A stretch of DNA of 63,933 nt, the filler included, from Olpidium bornovanus S191 (Eukaryota; Fungi; Olpidiomycota), in assembly GCA_017911155.1 (NCBI GenBank). It is 29 parts of 29 records of this genome, joined end to end, with 100 filler letters (N's around TTAATTAATTAA, not from the genome) between each part and the next. Parts side by side here need not be neighbours in the genome. Positions count along the whole stretch, not along the records: positions 20,206 to 23,929 come from JAEFCI010000855.1; positions 24,030 to 25,235 come from JAEFCI010009190.1; positions 25,336 to 27,434 come from JAEFCI010009834.1; positions 27,535 to 31,285 come from JAEFCI010005377.1; positions 31,386 to 34,145 come from JAEFCI010001712.1; positions 34,246 to 35,482 come from JAEFCI010001983.1; positions 35,583 to 36,633 come from JAEFCI010004126.1; positions 36,734 to 41,096 come from JAEFCI010003712.1; 21 more parts are not named here. The stretch is one strand, 5' to 3'. Shown piece after piece: positions 22,593-37,129 of the stretch. The notes below the pieces were generated by a model that worked only from the letters and a program-made list of their open reading frames with translations, was not told where the DNA came from and did not search any database. Position numbers and translations under genes: made by a program. The first letter of the stretch is position 1, and every line of letters starts with the position of its first letter.

Positions 22593-23929
22593 TTAATCGT
22601 GCATTCTTGAGCGCAGGTCTGTTTCTTCTTCGTCACTTCCCAACTCGTCTTCTTTGTTGAGCTCCGCCTCCAGTTGGGTCAGCTCCGTTCGCATCTCACC
22701 AGTTTGACGGCAGAACAGCCAGATCCGAGTTCCCGAATATCGAGTTTTTAACTGGGTTCCATCCAGTTCACGAAGGACGTAGGTTTGGGTTTCTCGGTTT
22801 ACTTCGTCCACAACATAGGGCCCAAACCACCGAGGAAAGAGTTTCCGCTCTATCCGAAGCTCAGTAAATATTCGATCATTTCGCACTAAGACCCATTCTC
22901 CGGGTTCAATGGTTCGTTCCCGTGTCGTTCGGGCTGAGTCCCCCCTCTCCTTTGCCTTTTCTCGTTCTTTCTCCAGTTGCTCCTTAGCCTGTTCAAGGTT
23001 GACTTCCCGTCTTTCTAGCCGCCTGAGCCGCAACACAATAACCTCATCTGTCGTACAGCCATCCTCCCATGGTAGGCCCGCCCAACTTAGCATGTCCATG
23101 TCCACCGGGAAAGGCGGGCACGTTCCAGTTAATAGCTTCGCTGGCATGTGCCCGGTCCATCGGGACACTGTCGTTCGGTCTGCCCACAAAGCTAAAGGTA
23201 ATTTCCTAGCCCAGTCCCGCAGATGACCATTGCAACTTTTTCGCAAGATCCTGAGCAAACTACGGTGGCCTCGTTCAACCTTCCCATTGGCTCCAGGATT
23301 ATAGGGTGTAGTCAGGTGCAATTTAATCCCATACCGTCGAAGAAAGTCTTTAATTCCGGTTTCGTTCAGCTTCCCTCCATCCCCTCGCAGAATATCCACG
23401 CATCCGCAATGTGCCATGATGTCCTCCAAGACGAATCATCCAACAGGTTCCGACCTCTTTGATTGCAATGCTCGTGCCTCAGGAAAGTTACTGAGCTCTT
23501 CTCGTGCTTCCACATAACAGACATGCCCCTCACTCAAACAAGGCGTGGCGACAATGTCAATGTACCACCGTCGATGCAACTGCGTTGGTATCATCAAGGC
23601 TAGGGTGTCCCGGTCTTTTCCTTCGGAGAATTTTCGACATGTTGGGCATGAGCAAACATAATCTTGCACTGATTCGAACATTCGCCCCCAGATAAATAGA
23701 TCCCGGGGTCGGACATAAGTACTCCAGATCCCTCGGTGCCCCGCAACATCACTGTCATAGACTCCTTGCAGGATACGCTTAATTTTAACATCCGTGCAGA
23801 CGACTCGCTTTGGAACGCCACCATCGTGAGGCTGCCTCCATAAGTATTCTTGTTTGAGAAAATACCCTAAGGCTTTCTTACGCGTGGCTACCGTTGCTCC
23901 TGATGGACCATTTGCCCCGTTCGTTTGCC
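22593..23929 (-). mobile_element. Ty3/gypsy integrase (zinc finger + DDE + C-terminal GPY region) with one premature TGA at 23436
   Basis: AGHRG...CSCPTC, WYIDIV, LRGDGG, YNPGANGKVERGH, ALWADRTT, GEWVLVRN, PRWFGPYVV in one frame. Confidence 0.93.
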
Positions 23930-24158
23930 NNNNNNNNNNNNNNNNNNNNNNNNNNNNNNNNNNNNNNNNNNNNTTAATTAATTAANNNNNNNNNNNNNNN
24001 NNNNNNNNNNNNNNNNNNNNNNNNNNNNNCGTCCGCCGGGGACGCCAGCACCCACCACCGTCCTTTTTTTTTTACCCCCTTCCTGTTTTCCGTCGTCGAT
24101 TTCTTACGCTTTCTGACACCCCCATTCCCCCCCCCCCCCCCCCCCCTCCCCCCCCCCC

Positions 24159-24196
<38 letters not shown>

Positions 24197-24337
24197 TTTT
24201 CCCCCCCCCCCCCCTTTTCCTTCCTCCTTTCCCCCTCGCCCCCTTCCTCTCGATATGCTGCTGGGGGTGGAGGAAGGGGCACAAAGCAAGCACACACCCG
24301 TGGTGCGCGTGGGATTTTTTTTATTCCTGTCGGGTGG

Positions 24338-24425
24338 TGTTGTTGCTGTTGTAACAGTTGTTGTCGTTCGTTCGTTCGTTCGTTTGCTGTTGTTTGTTGT
24401 TGCTGTTTGTTGTTGTTGTTTGTTG
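24338..24425. repeat. Compound (GTT)n/(TTCG)n microsatellite
   Basis: Seen directly. Confidence 0.85.
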
Positions 24426-24859
24426 GCCGCGGTGCTTGGGCCGTTGCGTTGTATGTAACCTGCGGGCGTACGCGCCGTGCACCTCTCTTTTTTCTTTTCC
24501 CTCCGCGCGGCGGCCGAGAAGCGGAGGGAGAGAGAGAGAGAGAAAGAATATTTGTCGCAGAACGGAGGCCCCCCCCCCCGACCCACCGCGCCACACCCGC
24601 CCCCCCAGAAACGCTCCCCGCGTGCGCGGCACAAAAGGCCTCTTGCGCTCGCGCCGTTCTCGAGAGGAACCCGACGGCCGTTTCGTGTGCGGTCTCGCTT
24701 GCTTTCGCGCGCGCCCGAGCGGGTTGACGTTTGGTGTTAGAGGAACAAAGCGGCGTTCCCGCCCGCCCCCCCCCACCCCCCCCTCGAAACGAAAAGGAGC
24801 CGCATATGGTGTGGCAGATCACCTAGACTCAAAAACGCTTCGTTTCGATTTTGGTCCGG

Positions 24860-24896
<37 letters not shown>

Positions 24897-24933
24897 GCCC
24901 CGGGGGGGGGGGGGGGGGGGGGGGGGGGGAAAA

Positions 24934-24965
<32 letters not shown>

Positions 24966-25529
24966 GTCCCAAAATCTCCCAAAAATCTTGGACTTTTGGA
25001 CCCTCACACAACACCTCTCACACAGAAAACAACCCCCCAATGTCCCCAACCTCCCCCACCCCAAAAATGCCGAAGGTGTCAAAAGGTAAAGCAGCGCGAC
25101 GTGCCAACACGGAGCATGCTCGTCTCACCAAGGAAATGCAAAGGATGGAGGAATATCTTAGCCTGAATGTATGGCAATGTCAATGATCTAGTGGAGGGCG
25201 AACAGCACGCTTCAGTTGATGACATCTCGATCCAGNNNNNNNNNNNNNNNNNNNNNNNNNNNNNNNNNNNNNNNNNNNNTTAATTAATTAANNNNNNNNN
25301 NNNNNNNNNNNNNNNNNNNNNNNNNNNNNNNNNNNGCCATGATGCCGTTTCAGAGTAAGTTTTTGTGCTGAGAATTAAACCGCCGGTGTTCGTCTACATC
25401 GTACGCGGATATGCTTTTCTAGGCTATGCAGCTCACATCGCGGTCGCCGTTGTCAATCGGCATACCATCGATTTCGTTTATTTTTTGGTTTTTTTTTCTT
25501 CCTTCACGTCCGCGTGGTGGCATTGTCAG

Positions 25530-25995
25530 TGCCGGTAAGGCCATACTGGATCTGGTTCGCCACAATCTAAGTCCAGACAAGGTCTTCCGAGGCTTTCTCG
25601 GTTCTTGCTCTTCGGATTCTTCACTTCTCCTGGATTACCTGATTTCTCCGGAAGTGGGAACCGATTTCCTGGAGTTCTTCGTCCGGTGGCTGCGCGCGAC
25701 AGCAGCTCCGCGTCGGTTCAACGCGGGCAGGGCCGCCGACGACGCAGAGAACGCCCGGCCGCCACGGGCTGCAGACGATGCCGACGTGGCGGATTGCCTG
25801 ACCGAGCTGGCGCAGCGCGTGGAATCGCTGGGCCGCGATAACCTCTTCCCCTACAACGCCAAACCGCTCTTGCGGCGGATGCGGATAGCGGTCGCGGCGT
25901 TGTCGGATTCTCACGCTGTTTCTGGTCACGCAGAATCGCGCGGCAGCGAAAGTGCCGCCGGCGTCGATTCCCATTCCGGCGTTCAAGCATCGTGA
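25530..25995 (+). CDS. LINS1: Protein Lines homolog, C-terminal (LINES_C) exon
   Basis: VFRGFLGSCSSDSSLLLDYLISPEVGTDFLEFFVRWLR and CLTELAQRVESLGRDNLFPYNAKPLLRRM match the D.S.LLD.LIS...FLEY and LFPYN..PLLR motifs. Confidence 0.75.
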
Positions 25996-26533
25996 TCCCC
26001 CCCCCCCCCCCCCCGCCTGTTTTTATCGAAATAGCGACCGCATTCCCGGAGTTCCGCAACGGTCCCCCCCCCCGCACCGTGCGACTATCCCGATTCGATT
26101 TTTTTTTCTGTTTCTCTTCCGGACGCGTCAAAACGTCCCCGGCCCAACTTTGGACGTGACGTCAAGCCGTTTTTGAGTCACGCCCGCGGTTGACAAGCCT
26201 CGCACAAGTCGCTGCAGACACCAGACAGGCGTTGCGGCGACGCGGCGACTGCGGGTCCGACGACGTCGATATCCGCCGCACGCATTTGCTTTGCAGCACG
26301 GCGAGCCCTGTCGCCGTTCGGTATTTTTAAAGAAAGGGACGGACGTGAGCGTCAGGCATCTTCTGACGGGGCCATCCTTCACCCGGGAGGCTTTTTCGGC
26401 GTTTCCTGCTGCACGCCGCCGGTGTTTGGGCCCGGTTCGCGACGTCCCGGATTCGGGATCCTTGGCGAGGGTGCGGGGGAGAGGGGGGAGGGGGGGAGGA
26501 CAGGGTTGTTGCGCATCTGTTGCGCATCAAAAG

Positions 26534-26612
26534 TGGGCCGACCGAGGGTCGACCTCGAACTCGGGACTTTCCCTATCCCGGAGGGACGCTCTACCAACTG
26601 AGCTATCTGCCC
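26534..26612 (-). tRNA. tRNA-like sequence (nominal anticodon GGG, C33, 6-nt T-loop duplication); pseudo-tRNA or SINE-type head
   Basis: GGGCAGA-TA-GCTC AGTTGGTA GAGC-G-TCCCT CCGGGAT AGGGA-AAGTC-CCGAG TTCGAGGTCGACC CTCGG-TCGGCCC-A, then CTTTT. Confidence 0.8.
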
Positions 26613-26738
26613 TATTCGCCAGGTGTCTGGCTCGCCCTGCGAAGCCTTCCAACCCCCCCCCTCGAGCCAGGCACCTCAGGCACTGCTGTCAACGGGGCTC
26701 GGCCACCCGCTTAACCACAGAGGGACAAAGTCACGATT

Positions 26739-26750
26739 GGGCTCATAACC
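26739..26750 (-). promoter_or_regulatory. PBS GGTTATGAGCCC (half-tRNAiMet type)
   Basis: Directly follows ...ACCACA at the LTR end on the minus strand. Confidence 0.85.
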
Positions 26751-26982
26751 TGTGGTAAAATATGCCCTCCGGAGGAGACCCCGGGAAATCCAAGGGAGCC
26801 GCGCAAGGATTCGGAAGAGGAGAATACTGTTCTGTTTCTTCGCGGTGTTTTGATTCTACGGATTCTGCGCCTATTTATGTTGGGATTTCGTGCGGATTCT
26901 ACAAAAGGGGGAAAAGGGGAAGTAATTCGTGTAGGAGCTCTATCGGTGCTGCCCCCTGGCTGCGCCACCCCCTTTTCCTACA
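26751..26982 (-). mobile_element. Copia LTR (232 bp, TGTAGG...ACCACA) with PPT GGAGAGGTGGGG at 26983-26994
   Basis: TG...CA ends, PPT on one side and PBS on the other. Confidence 0.75.
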
Positions 26983-27105
26983 CCCCACCTCTCCTAACGA
27001 ATATATTTTCCATGGTCACGCCAGAAGCTATCTAAGTGCGTACTTCTTCCTTTCGTGGTGCTTCTTCCGGGTGGTTGGGCATGTGTAAATGCGCGTGCGC
27101 AAATC

Positions 27106-27434
27106 TCAGCCGTCGACCTTGCTCATTCCAATGGTTTCTTTAAATGAGGCGAACTTCAGCCTTTCCAAAGGCTTTGTGAACATGTCCGAGGGGTTATCTT
27201 TGTAATCGACCCTCTCGACGGTGATGGCTCCGTCTGCAGCGCATTGGCGAAGGTGGTGGTAGCGTATGTCTATGTGCTTGGATCGCCTGGATGTCTTGAC
27301 GTCCTTGGCGAGCTCTATTGCGCCATTATTGTCTATATACAGCGTCGTTGCTGTTTTAATGGCCTCTCCATCGATTGCTCAGAGTATGGCGCGTAGCCAG
27401 GTGATTTCCTGGGCGGCCGTTGACCCAGACATGA
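27106..27434 (-). mobile_element. Ty1/copia RNase H C-terminus, pseudogenised (TGA at 27379)
   Basis: AAQEITWLRAIL*...LYIDNNGAIELAK...RSKHIDIRYHHLRQ...DNPSDMFTKPL. Confidence 0.93.
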
Positions 27435-27537
27435 NNNNNNNNNNNNNNNNNNNNNNNNNNNNNNNNNNNNNNNNNNNNTTAATTAATTAANNNNNNNNNN
27501 NNNNNNNNNNNNNNNNNNNNNNNNNNNNNNNNNNAAA

Positions 27538-27633
<96 letters not shown>

Positions 27634-28127
27634 AAAAAAAAAAAAAAGAAAAGAAAAGAAGGTTCACCTCATCTAACGCTGTTATGTGAAACCACGGAAA
27701 CGGAAAAGGACTCCCGCGCGCAAAGCTTAAAGCGACATGGGAAGCATGAGAAGGTTACTTCTCTAAACTCGTGCGGAATCACCCGCGCTATGGTTTTCAA
27801 GTCTACTTTGTAACGAGGTTTTCTAGCCCCATTACAGATGGGGAGGGCCTGCCGGCAAAAAGGGGGGTTCTCCTTTTTTGCGCTTGTCATGGCCGTCTCC
27901 GTCCCCGTTTGCGACAAAGCACATCCCCCCCTCCCCACCCAAACGCTCGGTTCGGATAAGCATAAACTTCTTTTCCGAGGGAAACGCGATCAAAAAAAAA
28001 AAAAAACAAAAACTAATGATTCCTTTCGCCCGGAAAAACGGGGAGGGGGGGAGGGGGGGGTGAAGCGCTGGTAAATCTCGCGTGTATCAGAACTCTCTTT
28101 TTTGTCGGGGAGTAGGTGGACGAGTTT

Positions 28128-31286
<3,159 letters not shown>

Positions 31287-31385
31287 NNNNNNNNNNNNNN
31301 NNNNNNNNNNNNNNNNNNNNNNNNNNNNNTTAATTAATTAANNNNNNNNNNNNNNNNNNNNNNNNNNNNNNNNNNNNNNNNNNNN

Positions 31386-33190
31386 CGTCCTCCCGCACGG
31401 TTCCAATTGGGCGATCGGTGCGCGCCTCCTCGCGTACTCGTCTGTCGCTGAGCTGCCGGGCGGCGGCGGCGAGTCCGTTGCGGGATCGGCTGGGTTCATG
31501 ACCGGCGGCGCCGCGGCGTCCGGGATGAAAATAGTCAAGGATGTTGGCGAGGCGGGACTTGGTCTCGTCAGAACACTTGGTCAGTGATTAAGGTTGCTGC
31601 TGCGGCTTGGTTTAGCGAAGACCCGGATGTTTGTTTTTTTGGCCGTTTCCGTGATATCAACGTCTTTTGACTTTGCGGAGACTTCTTCGTGCAGGTGACC
31701 TCGGCTACCAGAAATTGAGCAATTACTTCTTGTCCTCGCCGCCGTCTTCCTCTTCGTCGCCGTCGTTGGCGCCGCAATGCGCAATCTATGCCTACGCCGT
31801 ACTCGAGGTCGCTGCCGGGCGGGCTTGACCAGTCCCCAATGTTCTCCGCGCCACAACAATTCCGATCCTTTTCGTCGTTGCCTGCCAACGTAGGCGCCGT
31901 CGATGGCGGCGACGGCCAAGCGGAGGCCGCGCGCAGCGCGAGCGGAACGGTACGGAAAACGTGATCTAGCTCCGCGAGTTTGGGATAACAGATGTCTGCT
32001 GCTTCAGATAGTCATCCGTGATCTTGCCACGTTGTCTTCACTTGATCGTCTGGGATCGTCGGTATGATTCGTCGGTCTCCCGGCCGAGTGCTTTGTTGCG
32101 CCACGCAACGAGGCTGTGAAACGCGCTCGACACCCAGACGAGGTGCCGCTGCCGGACCGCGTCCGCCGCGACGACAGGCTCACGGAGCGTGCCGGCGGTT
32201 GAACCGTCCGGTGGGTAAACGGGAGAAGGAGGAGGCGGCGGCGGTTCCACGACTGCCGTTGGTTGTGCTGATTCCCAGTTGTTTTGACAAAATTCCGGCA
32301 CGTCGAGAATCACCTGTGAGGTTGTTTGTTAGACCTTTTTTTTTTGGCGGGAAAAAAAATTCCGAACGCTTTTTTTCAATACCGCATTCCGCGGAGAAAG
32401 AAGTCGGAAGGGGAGGGGGTGGTCGAAAGAAGGTTATAGAAAACGAAAACGATGAAATGCGCACGGACCTCAGTCTCCGGCAGGCAGAATTGCCGCAGGT
32501 ACGTGTAGTCCTACTGAGGCTCGCTTTTGTCAGGCGGAGCGGAATGGCCATTGAGGAAAAAAACTTCCGCTGAACACCACAACAACTGCTGTTCAATTAA
32601 CAAAAAAATCGGAAGAACCCCTTCCTCACCGCGGAACACACGAAAAATTCCGCGGGCGTGCCCCCGGCGGCGTACAGCAGGTTCTGCAGCCTCTTGGTAG
32701 GAACGCCTGCCACGACGCTGATGACGACGGGGCTCGCCTTCCGCGCCGCGAGGGCAGCCCTCATGGATTCGGCGGCGCACCTGATGTTACTTGGGGGGAC
32801 GGCTATGATGATGACGTCGCATTTCGAGGCAACCTGAATTTTTGGCGAATCCCGCCTCCCCCACGCCACGCGCGCAACACAAGCGCCGCCCCGTAACACG
32901 GGTCGCGATTATAATAAAACAAATAAAAAAAAGGCGAACAGTGAGAGGTGGCTGGGTGTGCTAACATGACAAAACAAAAAACTCTCCAAACCCCGAATGA
33001 TCAAACGCGCTTCCGCGAAACCGACCGTTGCGTTGTAGAATCCAGTCTTGACGTTGTCGTGCTTCCTGTACGTCTCGTGGACGGCTTCCGGTCGCCGAGT
33101 GGACACGATGACCGTGTCCTCCGACAGTTCATCTGAACCGCGAACGGACGGGTCGTATTTCAGCAGCGTCTTGTGACTTTGAAGTATGCA
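31386..33190 (-). CDS. NOXRED1-like / pyrroline-5-carboxylate reductase-fold oxidoreductase (partial, multi-exon)
   Basis: VIVSTRRPE...GFYNAT / VASKCDVIIIAVPPSNI...VISVVAGVPTKRLQNLL joined by a GT-AG intron (33025-32834); STRRPE is NOXRED1-like; downstream exon structure uncertain. Confidence 0.6.
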
Positions 33191-33599
33191 GGCGGAAGGG
33201 GGCGGCGCGGCTGACGGGCATTTCTAGCCTTAGAGTGTTGGATATTGAACGAGAGTACGGGGAAGAGGAGTACAGACTCATCTTAGTGTAAATTATTATG
33301 CTATTGGATTATGTACCCGATCTGAGAAGGCAATCCAAAATCGCGCACCCGATCCGCCCGCCGCCTATTATCCCGACGGCGAACCCGCCGTCCCGGCCCG
33401 CCTCTGCCTCTCTGCTTCCGCGCAGCCGCTCGTCCGCACGAATTGAATTGGTACAATTCCGTCACAGGAAAAATCCAAGGCACAGTTCTTGTAGATGGCG
33501 GCCAGGTGGGTGCTGGTAGCGACCGCCCGTGCGATGGCAGCACGACCATGTGCATCGTTGTCAACCCCTCCTGGCTTGTTATCACTGGTCATGTTACCC

Positions 33600-34145
33600 C
33601 AGCCACGACTGTTCTGCTCCTTTACGCCCTCGGGGGCACTGGGCAATCCACGTGCCGATGCAATCCAGAGCAAGAAGTCGCATGGTTTTGGGGGGCTGGC
33701 CGGTGTTTCCGCGCGAGGTTGTACTCGATGACCCTGGCTATCTCGTGTTTTTGCTGAGATTGTTGCTCAGTGCTGCTGCAGTTGCTGGCAGTAAGGCTGT
33801 CAAGGGCCGGGGGCCCGCCCGCAATTCTGACGCTCGGTTCAGGCCCGTCCTAGACCTGTCTACTGCATGTGCGGCCCACGGCCCGGCCCAGCACATTCAC
33901 TACAATCGGGATCCAGGCTCGACCCGGACCAATTTTGCTCCTGTGGCCCGGCCTCGGCTGGACCAAATTGTATGCCCGAATGCCACTACCATGAACAGTA
34001 AATAATGTTAAGCAGGTTCAGAATCATGATGCACGCAGAATATCAAAAATGCAAAAATCCCGCATTGGAAACATCTATCAGCCAGTCACAGATACAACTA
34101 CTGGTCTTGTCAGCAATACTGGGACCATTGTATGTGGGGGATGAG
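33600..34145 (-). mobile_element. Possible heavily decayed retroelement gag remnant
   Basis: SCSGLHRHVDCP knuckle-like and PTYNG...CDWL fragments among many stops. Confidence 0.25.
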
Positions 34146-34749
34146 NNNNNNNNNNNNNNNNNNNNNNNNNNNNNNNNNNNNNNNNNNNNTTAATTAATTA
34201 ANNNNNNNNNNNNNNNNNNNNNNNNNNNNNNNNNNNNNNNNNNNNCATGGTTCGGAAAGAATGATATAGTACGTTGCTGGACGACCGGCCTTCCGCCGCT
34301 GCTGTTTCCTCCTTTTCTTGCCAACACCGCATCGTTTTCCTACAATAATAAACGCCCTTGCCAAAAAAGCTGAGAAAAAAATTTTCTTCTGGCTCGGCTT
34401 ATAGAGGCTGATTGACGCGCCTATCCCGAAAGTAACTCACGCTAAAGACGCAATAGTCAAGTAAGTTTTCTAAGATTTCATCTGATAATGTTATGCGTCG
34501 AAAGTCCGCTAGCCTCACGTGCTATCAATTCCGTTCAATCGGTTTCGTGGTGTTACTGCTGATCCGGGGCTTTTTGTTTTGCTACCGGCTGGTTTTGTGG
34601 CGCTGTTGTCTAATCGTTTTTTTCATTTCACTTTGTTTCTCCGTGTTGTTGCTGTTTAATCGGTTTTTTTGGTGTTGTCCTTGGCTTCCCTGTGTTCTTG
34701 TAATGTTCCTGTATGATCATTTTCTTGTCCAAATATCCGCGACCTCCAG

Positions 34750-35242
34750 GGTGACCGGTTCGTCGGTGTGCGGCTCGGACCTTCATCTTCTGCACGGTGA
34801 CGTCGTCCAGTTAAAAAAGGGTGACATTCTGGGGCACGAGTTCATCGGCATCGTCGAAGATGTCGGACCCGACGTTCGCGACATCCGGAAGGGCCAGGTC
34901 CTCTGAAATTTTCTGTGGGACGCAGAGAGACGCTGAAATCGAGGGCGGGAATGGGGGCGGGGTGGGGCGGGACGCGGGGAAGACTTCCGTTTTTTCGAAC
35001 GACGATGCGTGTTTTCTCATGCCGCTCTGTCAAATTTCGCTTGCCCGCGCAAACAGCGCGTTGTCGGATCGTTCAACATCGGCTGCGGGAGCTGCCGCTA
35101 CTGCAAGGAAAAGCTTTACACGATGTGCGACACGACGAACGACTCCGCCGTCGTGGAGACGATGTACGGCCAGAAGCTGGCCGGGATCTTGGGTAAGGCG
35201 GAGAACCCGGTTGTATTGGTTGACGAGGGTGTATACGTGTTT

Positions 35243-35273
<31 letters not shown>

Positions 35274-35421
35274 GGGGGGGGGGAGGGGGGGGAGGGGGGG
35301 AAGGGGGAAAGGGGAGGAAGGAGAGGGGGGAAGGGGGCATGTAATGAAAAACGTTTTTTTCTAATGAGCCGGTCGCAAATTCATCCGATAGGTTACGGTC
35401 ACTTTGGCGGGTGGGTGCCTG
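34750..35421 (+). CDS. Zinc-dependent alcohol/formaldehyde dehydrogenase (MDR family), internal exons
   Basis: VTGSSVCGSDLHL..G...KGDILGHEFIGIVEDVG / RVVGSFNIGCGSCRYCKEKLYTMCD / YGHFGG. Confidence 0.93.
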
Positions 35422-35582
35422 GTCGAGAGAATATTTTTGCAAGCCGGGTTCAGGACCCTGGCGGGTTAAGCGGTGGGAGGGGNNNNNNNNNNNNNNNNNN
35501 NNNNNNNNNNNNNNNNNNNNNNNNNNTTAATTAATTAANNNNNNNNNNNNNNNNNNNNNNNNNNNNNNNNNNNNNNNNNNNN

Positions 35583-35724
35583 CGAGGGGTTCGTCCAAGA
35601 CGCCCGGGCGCGGCGCAAGCTCGACGACGTGCGTACTCTCAAGGCCAGCCTGGACGAGCTCGAGGGGGAGATCGCGCGAATACAGCAGGAGTTGGGAGGC
35701 GGGGGAAATTTGTGGCGCAAGTAA
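35583..35724 (+). CDS. PEP7: Rabenosyn-5/Vac1 C-terminal Rab-binding helical hairpin (3' end)
   Basis: EGFVQDARARRKLDDVRTLKASLDELEGEIARIQQEL resembles the Rbsn motif FI.QA...R.DEV.TL..NL.EL. Confidence 0.65.
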
Positions 35725-36035
35725 TCAACTTTTGTTTTTTTTTTCGCTTTCCTCACTGCCCCTCCTACCCCGTGCGTGTGGTTCCGATGTCCCCGGTTTC
35801 TACCATGAGTGGATTATGGGGAACTGTTTTCAGTGGAGGAGGGGGGAACTGCTTTTCCCCCCTTCTCCCACATTTTTCCTATTTTTGCTGTAAACGCGTA
35901 ACAGTGTGCAGCTGCCGGGTTTCACCGTGTACCAAATACAACGCAAAAAAGGAAGAAAGTATCGGCTCCCCAAGTCTCGCGTCTCGAGTCAAAAGGACTC
36001 ACGCACACGCGCACACTCACCTTCCTCCCCCCCCA

Positions 36036-36067
<32 letters not shown>

Positions 36068-36770
36068 CCCCCCCCCCCCCCCCCCCCCGAATTCTCCCGG
36101 CGCGTCGCCCCCCCATCCCCGTCCTCAGCGTCAACCGCCCGCCAAGGATGGTTTGTCCTTTTTCGCTCGCGTCCGGCGCGTCCTTTGCGTGCTGCTTTGA
36201 TATGTTCCAGTTTCGTGTTTTCCCCTGCGGACATTTCATATCGAGGGACGGGTGCTGGGAATCTTTGGGAATCTTTTGTTATTTTAGTTTATTTATATTT
36301 TTTTGACGCGTACTGTACGCAGTTTGTCCACTAGCAATGCACACACCCCACCGGCCCACAAATCGTTGGAACCTAGCGAGCGGACGGGAACACACGCCAG
36401 CCGCGTTTTGACCCGTGGCGCATGTGCGCAGTCACGTGACGGTTGCGAACGCGGGAGATGCGGTGTGTGTACGTTAGCAACGCGTTGTAGTTGTTGGCGG
36501 GGGAAGGGGCGTGGGGGGGGGGGGGGGGGGAAGGGGGGGGGGGGGGTCGGAAGTTGAAGGATTCCGGTGCTGGCCGGGCTTTTTTTTTTTTTTTTTTTTC
36601 CGAGCTTTGCTTTTTTCTGGGTCCCCTCATGCCNNNNNNNNNNNNNNNNNNNNNNNNNNNNNNNNNNNNNNNNNNNNTTAATTAATTAANNNNNNNNNNN
36701 NNNNNNNNNNNNNNNNNNNNNNNNNNNNNNNNNGAATTTGTCGTCGGCGTCATTTTCTTTCGACGCAAAA

Positions 36771-36805
<35 letters not shown>

Positions 36806-37129
36806 GACGAACGAAGAAAAGAGAGAGAAAGAGAGAGAGAGAGAAAGAGGAAAAAAAAAAAAAAAAAAAAAAAAAAGGAAAAGGAGCTTGCAACCGTTCG
36901 CTCTTTTCCTCTCTCTCTTCCCCCCCCCTCCCCCCTTCCCCCTTCCCTCCTTAACAGGTCGCGGGCGCTGAGCGTGCTGTAACCCCGTCGTCGCAGGGAA
37001 AAACGGGGGGGGGGGGTGGGGGAGGGCGACCTTCCCGCCTCTCCCGTCCTGCTCCGTACCTTGCCGTGCGCCGGTCTCCAGAGCGGGCACGGCGCCGAGA
37101 AAGTTCGCCCTGTCCCGTCCGCGGCGGCT

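Noticed and set aside
25067-25186. Short ORF MPKVSKGKAARRANTEH...
   Set aside because: Too short and no recognisable motif
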